Shown one piece after another: positions 1-9,101 of a stretch of DNA of 64,000 bases (its first letter is position 1; each line of letters starts with the position of its first letter). A program made the translations under genes and the position numbers. The notes under the pieces are model-generated. The model saw only the letters and a program-made list of their open reading frames with translations. It was not told the origin of the DNA and searched no databases. The stretch spans positions 32,001-96,000 of the IMG/VR virus record IMGVR_UViG_3300030329_006012; one strand, written 5' to 3'. The DNA is from a virus.

Positions 1-1
1 A

Positions 2-367
2 ACTTGCCCCGATTTGGGCAATGCAACGATCTTCCATGAAGGCAGCTTCCACTCTATTGGAACTGATCTTAGGACAAGCTTGGTAGGCTCCAGTATATAT
101 ATAACGGCTTCAGGCGGCTCTATTATCATGAGTGGTTCCAACCCAACACAAATAGGAGATACCGAAATAGACGGAACACTGCTACTTGGCACAGAGACGG
201 CAACGCCATCACAGCCCCAATCAGGATCCAGTGGGACGGACGGAAGAATCTATGTGAAGGGCGGAAACCTTATCGTCCAATACAATGTCACAGGAAGTAC
301 TTATTATAAATACCTCGACTTAACTGGAGAGGGTGTCAACTGGAACTTCAGCTCTTCAGAGCCGTAG
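2..367 (+). CDS. C-terminal part of a probable virion fibre/structural protein (5' truncated by the window edge)
   Basis: The frame is open from position 2 (ACT TGC CCC GAT TTG...). The product is G/S/T-rich and beta-type, and ends in the fibre-like segment DGRIYVKGGNLIVQY. Confidence 0.55.
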   Translation, partial: TCPDLGNATIFHEGSFHSIGTDLRTSLVGSSIYITASGGSIIMSGSNPTQIGDTEIDGTLLLGTETATPSQPQSGSSGTDGRIYVKGGNLIVQYNVTGSTYYKYLDLTGEGVNWNFSSSEP

Positions 368-462
368 AAAGAAAAGCCAATCACTTTTATAACATCTAAA
401 TAATTACTACTGAAGAATAAAGGCTTATAGAAGCCCGATATTGATGTTATAATAAGGTACTC

Positions 463-3400
463 ATGAGCAACCCCGGAAACAAATCAACAAAAAGAGCCCC
501 GTTTACAATGTTCAGTTCCTCTGCCGAAGGGGGATATTTAACAGAGTTCCATGAAAATTTCAAAGAAGGCGTCCAGATTGCAAACATGCATACGGACACT
601 TATGGCGATTTCCGCAACCCGCCAATGCAAGGTCCATTTACGGAACAATTCGTTGGCGGTGCCTTTTTCCGACATCAACCTCTTACTAACGACGACAACG
701 GCTTCGAGTGCCCACCGGGTGAAATTCCGGGCTGCGATGACCCCACCGCAAGCAACTACAATCCGTGCGCCACTATGAATGATGGGAGCTGTCTATACGG
801 CCCCATCTCTTTTTCCACCGACGCTGAGAGATTAGAGGGCTTTAATATTGATGCAGCTGCAGGCTCGCTGACAATTTCCCGCCCCCAGCGCGGCTTTCTT
901 TATCGCGATGCCTTCGCAAAGCGACCCGTCAACATCAGAAACATCAAAAAGCGCAGCCCAGGAAACTATAGCCAAGAATATGAAGTCATACAAATCGCAG
1001 GAAGAACATTAAATCCTCGACACTACGCAGAATACCCAGAACAATACACTACAGATTATCCTCTTCATATGGGGACAGAAGGAAGAGTTTTAAACACTCT
1101 CAACGCAGCCGGCCAACCTGCAACCGGAACACTGCCCGACTATACACTGCCCGACAATACGGGCTCTCTTAATGAATTCATTTTCGTAAACAAGTTCTCA
1201 GCTCCCGGCGACAGATACACAATGTCTCGCGGCTTTTTAAATCCAAAGGGAGAAGAACTCTCAGGATATAATGCAAGCCCATTCAGAAACCTGAATGTCA
1301 AGAAGGAGTTGTCAGCAGATTTGGCAACACATACGCCAAAGGCAACAGACATCCCGCCAGCATCTGGTACACTTTACCATACGACGAATAGGAATACGAG
1401 GTACTACAAACAGGTGAGTGATGCCGTGGCCAGTAGTGTCACGCCAGCAGGAAACTGCCATCAGATAGCTATAGATACTGCAACGCAGAAAATTTATTGG
1501 ACGGACTACACTGCCGGTACGATTAGTCGTTCCAATGTCGACGGGGCAGCAGTCGAAGAGTTGGTGTCTGGCATTTCCGGCCCCTATGGTATATCCCTTG
1601 ACACCTCCGCCGGAAAGCTATACTGGGCCGAGTATAGTGGCGGAAATATTAATAGAACAGACATAGAAATCCCAGCCGGAGAGACTCCGGCGACAAGAAC
1701 AATAGACAACATCGTGACAGGACAAGCCGTAATCTACGCAATCATGGTGGCTCCCCATCTTCAAAAAGTGTATTGGTCTAGCCAAGCCGGACTCGAAATC
1801 AGGGCAAAAAACTCTGACGGTTCAGGGGACGTTACAGCCATAACCGATTCTGAAAGAACAGAAGGTATGCAGTATGATCCTGTTACGGATAGAATATTTT
1901 TCACCAAACAGGATTACCCGTCGGTGAGTGGTAATATATTCTCAACTCTTGCCGATGGAAGTGGTAGGATAGAAATCCTGAATTTCCCTACATCCATCCC
2001 CGCTGGACTCTCGGTAGATGGAAATCTTGGACAGATATACTGGACAGACAAGATCAATGGCGAAATTTCGAGAGCAAACCTCGATGGAAGCGGATTAGAA
2101 GAGCTTCTTGATGCCAATAACGACCCACGCGGTACCGCCTTGGACATCAATAGGGGAATTTTATATTGGGCATCCAACGATGATCAAACTCTAAAAAGGA
2201 TCACACTCCCATACCGTCCAGTCTACGACGACGGCTACGTCACCCACGCAATCCCACAAAGCAGCTTACAATATAGCTGGATCAAAGACTCTGCCACAAC
2301 AACCAGAGCAGAATTCCAAGGCTTCGCAACAGGCAGTGACATTACCTTTTACCCTTCAACCTATGACTTTATGTCTATGGGAACCATCAGGGTTTCAGAT
2401 CTTGGCCCAACACAAGCGGTTGTTGGAGAATATTTCTCCTATACATTCGACGGCTTCACGTTATCCGGAGGAGCCACATCATGGGCTCCACCCGACGTAA
2501 CCTTCACAGACGGGGAGCAGCCGTCTTGGATGTTTTACAGCTATGAACTATCTCCCGCCTCTGTTACTATATGGGGGACACCACCAACTCCAGCTTTTAT
2601 ACGGGACATCCCTATGATTGTTCAGTTCACCGATGACATGGGCGGCTCTGATGCGAAATCTGAAACCATCGAAGTTATCGCTTCACACCCATACACTACT
2701 GTGCCCGGTCTCGTGCCGCATGTCATGAATGATGTATATATCGACGAAGCTGCAGCTGTGCAGGACTTTGATTTCACAGGCTCTGTTTACACTTATAACT
2801 CATGGAAAGAGATTCGAGGAGGAGAGCTGGCCCTATCGAGATATTACAGGAATCATAACATCCTCCCAGTGGCCAATATGACAGACAAAGTAAAGCAATA
2901 TATAGAGCCGCCAGTCGTGGCAAACAACCAACCTTTGGATTACATTTTGGCCATCGACAACACTGGAACACCATACAATATCCGAAGCGCCTATGGCAGC
3001 AAGCTGCAGAGGTATTCGAACACCGAGATAAACAAACTGGCCAATGTAACAATTTCCGATGCTGGAACGGAGTATAGTAAAATAAAGCCGCTTTACTTGG
3101 AAAGGTCCACGAGCGACACCAATAACCCCGTCAAAGCTTTCTATTCCTTGACATACGGACAAGCAGTTTACCCGCAGAGCAAGAATGCATTTATGAAGAA
3201 GGTGCGAATTCGAGGGAAATACACTGAGGTTCCCGGCACAGGCGAAAACGGGTATGATCGGCTATACGGAACACAACGCACCTTCTATAGTGCCACCGAG
3301 CAAAGAAGTGAGGGCGCCCTAAACTCGCAAGGATGTGCACCAACAGAATTCTCCACGCAAGAGGTTTATGCAGAAGATTTTGGTCCCGGAACTGAATGGG

Positions 3401-6400
3401 CGAACTATTCGCCGATGATTTCTAGAGACAATACCTCTGGAATTGCTTACGATAATACCAGTGGCAGCTATTGTTTTATCTTTGGCGGACAGCAGAATGC
3501 CAAAACAGAGACAAGATACATCTCTCTAAAACAGCCCGTGATCGGCGCGTTTACAGCCTCCTTCAAGGCAGTGTCTCACCCATACTCACCACTCAACCTT
3601 ACACCATCTACACTCGGCGTAGACAGCCGACTTGTGGTTGTAGAGAAAGATGCCGTCGTTAGACCAACTTCAGATATACGGAGAACCACATACTGTGCGA
3701 ATAAAGATTCGGGCTGGACAGCAGATCTCACCGGCCCAGGCTGGACATCTTTTTCGTATGAGAATTATTATTATTCACCCACCAATATTATAATCATGCA
3801 GCCCTCCCCTCAATTTGTGGACTACTCTGAGGCAACAGTCGCCCTAAAGGATCTGGAAATCTCATATACTCCAGCCACAGACCTTATTGCCTCAGACGCC
3901 TTTGCCCCAATGGGAACATCAGGAGATAAATCCTTTTATGCCTCTGGAACCTTCGATGAAAACATTGGAGAATTGAATTCAGATACCGATATAACAACTC
4001 CATATAAAAAGGTACAGACCTCCATTGCTTACAGTGAAGAGGTCAATAACGTTATAAACCACATTTTCCCTGGCCAAGAGTTGCCATCTACAAACTCAAT
4101 CACCGAAGCTGATTTGGCCGGAGAGCAAATTTCTTTTGGATACACAGAAAGACTAACAGAGGAAATCTCTGGCCTTACACCTGCATATTCTTCGTATGAA
4201 GACTACGCGGAAAACGAAAAGCATGCCATAAAAGAGGCATCAATCCTGCCAGAATTTAGAATCTCTGAGCAAATGCCCTTCTATGTTGAGCAGAATGGCG
4301 GAAATTTTCGAAAAGAAAATAAGAAATTTTTAACTCTGCTCGGAGCAGAATACAGCGCCTCTGCAGATAGTGCAGCTTCGGTCGCATTTGACCCAGACTT
4401 TGCCCAAGCTCATTTGTTGTCAGAGGGTGTCCCAAATTTAAAGAAGATTAGGGAAGACCACATCGGCCACTCAAAGCCTCGAAGAATATCACTTACAGCG
4501 AAGGGAGTCAAAAAACTTCTCCCATACAACGGATTTTACCCTGACACTAGAACTGTCCAACTCGCTAACACCTTGAGCTCCTCGCTCGCCGCTGGTATTA
4601 AGTCTTATGTTTATGATTCCCTCACAGCCGCCGACTCTCTAGAGACGGAACGAAATGATGCAACCGGCTGGTTTGGGTTTCTGAAGACAATGATGTCGCC
4701 TGGCATTCTGCACAATAGTTTGAAGGGAGGCATCGCTGTCGACTATCCAGTTTTTGGTTCTCCCGTCAACGTTGAGGGAAGAAAGCACGACTCCGCGTTT
4801 GGAGATGTAAAGCTACTGGATGCCCCAGATACAAGAATCTCATTTGATTCTCTCTACAACTTGAAAAAGAATCTCCCCGTCGACACACCCATTTACACTC
4901 TAGCGACTTCGGATAAACTGCAGGATAAAAAGGACACCTATCCTTTTTATTTTAAATGGGACGGCACCAAGAAGCCATCGTTCGAGCTTGGCATGCATAA
5001 TTTTTTGGCAGAGAGTGTAAAATTCTTTCTTAAGGGTTCCGAACTAAACTCCTTCTTATCTTCCCCTACTTCTGATTTTGGAGCAGTGGTGCCGTATAAA
5101 AAATATTATATGGATGTTGTCTTAGACGACGCAACGCAAAGAAACAAATTCCTGAACGTCAAAGGTCAAGCAAATCAGTTTGCTAATTTTCTTTCTACGA
5201 CACCGAAAGACGATCAGTTGCCCTTTTCGACCTTCTATGGTCATGCAACCGATATCTGCCCCGATGGTTACGGCGGATATTATGCAATGGTGGGGGCGCC
5301 CTGGTATTATTCATTCCCAATCGCCCCCCCCGACCTTTGGGGCATGGCAATATTGTACCATGTTGATTCGTCGAACCAGAGAACAGAGGTATGGAGATCG
5401 ACTGCAGCCGATGCCAACAATAGCGAATCTTGGCTAGGAACTTCGGTGGCTGTAATTTCAGGATCAGATGGTGTTTTCTTCGGCGCCGGCGCAACACGAT
5501 ATAATGATGGCACTTACACCAACGGCTATGCAAAGTTTTGGAAATATGATGGAAACACGGTTTCGGCAATTTCTCCGGGCGGCTTCGGATTACCGTGGAC
5601 CACCGTACAAAATGCCACAAAGTTTGGCGTTGCAATGAAGGGCTATTATGACGAGACAGTAAATATTCCATATTTTGCTGTAGCGGACTTGGGGACGTCT
5701 GTAGGCGGAACGGACGCTTCAGGATTAAACCTTTTCGCCATCGATGATCCCGGCGGGACACCAGAAGTGCACTGGAAGATGTGGCAGAACTTTGATTACA
5801 CGGAAAACAATATTTCGGTTGAACTCAATTATGGCATGACTGATCTTGCGATTCAGAAAGTAGAGTTTTCATCAAGTCCTTCCGACAATCGCCTCATTAT
5901 TTTACATTCAGCCACCGCATACAGGGACAATGCTACTCACCCTAATTACAGTGGTTCGGTACAGGCTGTCTTGTGGGACGAGACCACCAGTGCCGGCACC
6001 GCCCTTGGGCCCTACGTAGATCCGATAGGTCCAATCGTGTCTGGCCCAATGTTTGGTTCTAATGTCTCCGTTGTAGAGACATATAACAACGGTTCAACCG
6101 CCAAGGGAATCGTTTCGGTAAGTCGTGGCAGCGATTCAAGTTTATTTAATAGTACAGGCTCACAAGCTCTTTTCTGTGTAGATTTTGCTCCGGCAAACTT
6201 TAGCCTCGACCCAGCCGATGCGGATACGCGGATGATGAATGTGGCAGCCTTCCCTCAATACACCAACCCCTATGGTTATGGCGGCACCCTGTGGGGAGTC
6301 TCAGCTGACTTGCAAAAAGATCCAGACAATGGTGACATTATATTGGTTTCAGGAGATCCCTATTATTACTCTACTGGTAGTTGGGGCGGATATAATCTCG

Positions 6401-8022
6401 CCGGCGCCGTAGAACTACAGAGGTTCCCTGTTAAGTTTTTCGACGAAGACGGTGTTCCTTACTACTTTCCTACTGGCTCACTTGCTGACCTGACTACGTT
6501 GCAGGACTTTATGGATGTCTCTACTCAAAACCCGAAACTCGGCTATCCAGTGGCGACTACAATGATCGACGATAAACTTCATGTCCACGCAGGCGCTGTA
6601 CAGTACAGTGGCTCACTGTCTGCCGGCGGCATGGCCTGCGTTTTATATGAGGAGAGCAGAGAGCAAGACTACAGGCAAGATGGGAAGCTATTTGGATTTC
6701 CATTGGACGGATATTATGATCCGGCCTACTGCACATATACACCCCCTGGTTTTTATGGTGAGTCCATTGCGAGACTGTCTTTTTCTTCCGCCACCGGTGG
6801 TGATGTTGACTTAGAAGAGATTTTAGAAAACATGCAGGTCGAGCACCTGCATACGCTGGCCGGGAACAGGATACAGACTATCACAGGTTCACACCCAGTT
6901 TATACAACGACTCAAGACGAAGCTCAAACAACGGTGTCATCCTCTGTGGATCTTTTTGGCAAAGTCACAAATCCAGGCATGGAATTTTCCGTATCAGAAG
7001 ATGGCGCCCTAACCCGCGCCGACCGAGCAACTCCAGCAACAGCCGGATCGGCAAGGTGGGCGATCTCAACGAAGTTTGAATGCCCAGTAGTAAACGTATC
7101 TTCCAGCTTGTATCGCGAGAACTATTCGACCTTTAACAATCAGATCTCCTCCTCCGTCGCGCTGTCCTCCAGTACAGTTTCCTATGATCCACCTCAAAGT
7201 ACGTGGACGAGCTATACCGAAAATCCACCCACCGAGAACTACACTTTCTCTTTAAGGGATTCTTTTGACTTATCTACTGTATCTTCCAACACAGGATCTT
7301 TAATCGACTTGTGTGGTTTCACGCCCGGCGACAAGCAGGTGGGCTCACTCGCAGACCAGAAGACAATCAGCGAAGCAATTATGGTAATCCCCTATACTAG
7401 CCGGCCAATTCGAAACAAAACGATAAAGCTTGAAGATGGCATGTATTTTTTCAAAGTCGGAAAGAGAGAGCTAAAGCGCCAAAGGAAATCTATGGAAGAC
7501 AACGGATACGCTATCAGCGAAGAAGTTCCAGTCACATCCATATCTGAAGCAATCGACGCTATGAAGAATTATGTTATACCGCCTCAATACAACTTTGTAA
7601 AGTATGACGACCTCTCTCCCTTTGTTGCATATTTTCTGAAGTTTGAACACTCTCTTAATCAGGATGATTTGAAGAAGGTTTGGCAGGGAATCTCGCCATC
7701 AATTGCCGTAACTCCAGAGACCGACGAGGTAGACATCTCTCACGACATCGATAAACACAACTTTTTTTACGACATCAATATCCCAAATGATATTAAGTTT
7801 ATGATATTTAAAGTAAAGCAAAAGGCAGAATGGAATTACTACAACGTAACTACAGACTCCACGGACGATGATCGTTTCAGGTTCGATTTCCAAGGCAACG
7901 GACAGGTAGAAGTTGTGCCAGACTATAGTTATAATTGGCCTTATGATTACTTCTCCCTCGTGGAGAGGGCCAAGGTTAGCGTTAACTTTACGCTCAAGAA
8001 GGATGAGGAAGACACAGAATGA
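463..8022 (+). CDS. Giant virion structural protein (2,519 aa) with adhesion-type modules (GCxDP motif, YWTD propeller, Ig/He_PIG-like domain, FG-GAP-like propeller)
   Basis: Long ORF with IYWTD/LYWAE/VYWSS/IYWTD/LYWAS repeats, GCDDPTASNYNPCATMNDGSCLY and several xG(T/S/V)xVAV-type blades; it lies among structural genes. Confidence 0.75.
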   Translation: MSNPGNKSTKRAPFTMFSSSAEGGYLTEFHENFKEGVQIANMHTDTYGDFRNPPMQGPFTEQFVGGAFFRHQPLTNDDNGFECPPGEIPGCDDPTASNYNPCATMNDGSCLYGPISFSTDAERLEGFNIDAAAGSLTISRPQRGFLYRDAFAKRPVNIRNIKKRSPGNYSQEYEVIQIAGRTLNPRHYAEYPEQYTTDYPLHMGTEGRVLNTLNAAGQPATGTLPDYTLPDNTGSLNEFIFVNKFSAPGDRYTMSRGFLNPKGEELSGYNASPFRNLNVKKELSADLATHTPKATDIPPASGTLYHTTNRNTRYYKQVSDAVASSVTPAGNCHQIAIDTATQKIYWTDYTAGTISRSNVDGAAVEELVSGISGPYGISLDTSAGKLYWAEYSGGNINRTDIEIPAGETPATRTIDNIVTGQAVIYAIMVAPHLQKVYWSSQAGLEIRAKNSDGSGDVTAITDSERTEGMQYDPVTDRIFFTKQDYPSVSGNIFSTLADGSGRIEILNFPTSIPAGLSVDGNLGQIYWTDKINGEISRANLDGSGLEELLDANNDPRGTALDINRGILYWASNDDQTLKRITLPYRPVYDDGYVTHAIPQSSLQYSWIKDSATTTRAEFQGFATGSDITFYPSTYDFMSMGTIRVSDLGPTQAVVGEYFSYTFDGFTLSGGATSWAPPDVTFTDGEQPSWMFYSYELSPASVTIWGTPPTPAFIRDIPMIVQFTDDMGGSDAKSETIEVIASHPYTTVPGLVPHVMNDVYIDEAAAVQDFDFTGSVYTYNSWKEIRGGELALSRYYRNHNILPVANMTDKVKQYIEPPVVANNQPLDYILAIDNTGTPYNIRSAYGSKLQRYSNTEINKLANVTISDAGTEYSKIKPLYLERSTSDTNNPVKAFYSLTYGQAVYPQSKNAFMKKVRIRGKYTEVPGTGENGYDRLYGTQRTFYSATEQRSEGALNSQGCAPTEFSTQEVYAEDFGPGTEWANYSPMISRDNTSGIAYDNTSGSYCFIFGGQQNAKTETRYISLKQPVIGAFTASFKAVSHPYSPLNLTPSTLGVDSRLVVVEKDAVVRPTSDIRRTTYCANKDSGWTADLTGPGWTSFSYENYYYSPTNIIIMQPSPQFVDYSEATVALKDLEISYTPATDLIASDAFAPMGTSGDKSFYASGTFDENIGELNSDTDITTPYKKVQTSIAYSEEVNNVINHIFPGQELPSTNSITEADLAGEQISFGYTERLTEEISGLTPAYSSYEDYAENEKHAIKEASILPEFRISEQMPFYVEQNGGNFRKENKKFLTLLGAEYSASADSAASVAFDPDFAQAHLLSEGVPNLKKIREDHIGHSKPRRISLTAKGVKKLLPYNGFYPDTRTVQLANTLSSSLAAGIKSYVYDSLTAADSLETERNDATGWFGFLKTMMSPGILHNSLKGGIAVDYPVFGSPVNVEGRKHDSAFGDVKLLDAPDTRISFDSLYNLKKNLPVDTPIYTLATSDKLQDKKDTYPFYFKWDGTKKPSFELGMHNFLAESVKFFLKGSELNSFLSSPTSDFGAVVPYKKYYMDVVLDDATQRNKFLNVKGQANQFANFLSTTPKDDQLPFSTFYGHATDICPDGYGGYYAMVGAPWYYSFPIAPPDLWGMAILYHVDSSNQRTEVWRSTAADANNSESWLGTSVAVISGSDGVFFGAGATRYNDGTYTNGYAKFWKYDGNTVSAISPGGFGLPWTTVQNATKFGVAMKGYYDETVNIPYFAVADLGTSVGGTDASGLNLFAIDDPGGTPEVHWKMWQNFDYTENNISVELNYGMTDLAIQKVEFSSSPSDNRLIILHSATAYRDNATHPNYSGSVQAVLWDETTSAGTALGPYVDPIGPIVSGPMFGSNVSVVETYNNGSTAKGIVSVSRGSDSSLFNSTGSQALFCVDFAPANFSLDPADADTRMMNVAAFPQYTNPYGYGGTLWGVSADLQKDPDNGDIILVSGDPYYYSTGSWGGYNLAGAVELQRFPVKFFDEDGVPYYFPTGSLADLTTLQDFMDVSTQNPKLGYPVATTMIDDKLHVHAGAVQYSGSLSAGGMACVLYEESREQDYRQDGKLFGFPLDGYYDPAYCTYTPPGFYGESIARLSFSSATGGDVDLEEILENMQVEHLHTLAGNRIQTITGSHPVYTTTQDEAQTTVSSSVDLFGKVTNPGMEFSVSEDGALTRADRATPATAGSARWAISTKFECPVVNVSSSLYRENYSTFNNQISSSVALSSSTVSYDPPQSTWTSYTENPPTENYTFSLRDSFDLSTVSSNTGSLIDLCGFTPGDKQVGSLADQKTISEAIMVIPYTSRPIRNKTIKLEDGMYFFKVGKRELKRQRKSMEDNGYAISEEVPVTSISEAIDAMKNYVIPPQYNFVKYDDLSPFVAYFLKFEHSLNQDDLKKVWQGISPSIAVTPETDEVDISHDIDKHNFFYDINIPNDIKFMIFKVKQKAEWNYYNVTTDSTDDDRFRFDFQGNGQVEVVPDYSYNWPYDYFSLVERAKVSVNFTLKKDEEDTE
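1450..2210 (+). repeat. Six-bladed YWTD (LDL-receptor class B-like) beta-propeller coding region
   Basis: Repeats about 43 aa apart: IAIDTATQKIYWTD, ISLDTSAGKLYWAE, VAPHLQKVYWSS, YDPVTDRIFFTK, LSVDGNLGQIYWTD, ALDINRGILYWAS, with ISRSNVDG/ISRANLDGS strands. Confidence 0.85.
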
Positions 8023-9101
8023 CCTTTTATAACAAAAAAGAGGAAGTTATCGAGGTAGAACTGACGTCATTTGGCAAGACCATGCTGGCTAAGGGGAAGC
8101 TGAAGCCGTCATATTATGCATTCTTTGATGAGGATATTATATATGATCCTGAGTATGGGGCATCTTCATCCGAGACAGCAGACGAAAGAATTCGAAATCA
8201 AACCCCTCGAAGCAGAGTACAATACAACTACTCTAGCGTCGAGGATGTAAAGTCAATGAGGGAAGAAATAATCCCCACCACCGACGGAGAGTCAGTAAGG
8301 CAAGTGCTGGTTCAGGAACAACGACGCCGAAACGTCTTTCCACCAATTGGCACATCTGCCAACAGCACCGCTTATCATCCTTCTTGGAAGGCGTATATGT
8401 TGCAAGGAGAGCTGGATTCTTCCTCTCCTGACATCACTATGGACGATTCTACAATAAACATCCCTCAGATGGAGTTGGCCACAAGAACTTTCACTTCTAA
8501 GGCAATTAGGGGCTCCGATTTCAACTCATCTTTGTACGGATACACTTTTCCCGATGGGAGCAGCGTCACATTAAAAGAGGACGAAAACTCCGAGTTTCTC
8601 CTGTTCTTACTGGAGGAAAATGCCTCTTCTGATTCCGAGAATTTTTCAATTGAATTTTATGAAGTTGAGGAGCAGAGTGGCAAAGAGTTTTTAACTCCAC
8701 TTTCCTTTCCTAAAAAATTTGAGAAAGACAGAATTGTTGACGGCATAATGTTGGACAATGAATATATACCTGAACTCGACCCATCGGAAGATCCTACACT
8801 TGTTGGCTATTATTTCGATGTCGAGGTTGATTCTGAAATTGATCCCGCCATTTTGACCAAAGCCATGCAGTCTGGCCGGTTTGCCGATATCCGAGATTTG
8901 GAGTCATTTGCAAACAGTGCCAGATTTAAAGATGGCGATCTAGAAAGACTTACAGCAGGAAACTCAGCAACTGACATTTATGGACTTAGCCTTTCTGATA
9001 TCGCAGGAATGAATGAAGAGGCACTAAGAAGCGCGGAAGAGAGAGCTCAGTCACAAGAGAATCTCTACGACGAAGAGGATAACACCAATGGCTGCGATTG
9101 A
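8019..9101 (+). CDS. Hypothetical virion protein (360 aa)
   Basis: ATGA overlap with the upstream stop. The N-terminal ELTSFGKTMLAKG...YYAFFDEDIIYD resembles the N-terminus of the 14359 ORF (LTDTGRYRLAQG...FALGDDEIDY). Confidence 0.7.
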   Translation: MTFYNKKEEVIEVELTSFGKTMLAKGKLKPSYYAFFDEDIIYDPEYGASSSETADERIRNQTPRSRVQYNYSSVEDVKSMREEIIPTTDGESVRQVLVQEQRRRNVFPPIGTSANSTAYHPSWKAYMLQGELDSSSPDITMDDSTINIPQMELATRTFTSKAIRGSDFNSSLYGYTFPDGSSVTLKEDENSEFLLFLLEENASSDSENFSIEFYEVEEQSGKEFLTPLSFPKKFEKDRIVDGIMLDNEYIPELDPSEDPTLVGYYFDVEVDSEIDPAILTKAMQSGRFADIRDLESFANSARFKDGDLERLTAGNSATDIYGLSLSDIAGMNEEALRSAEERAQSQENLYDEEDNTNGCD

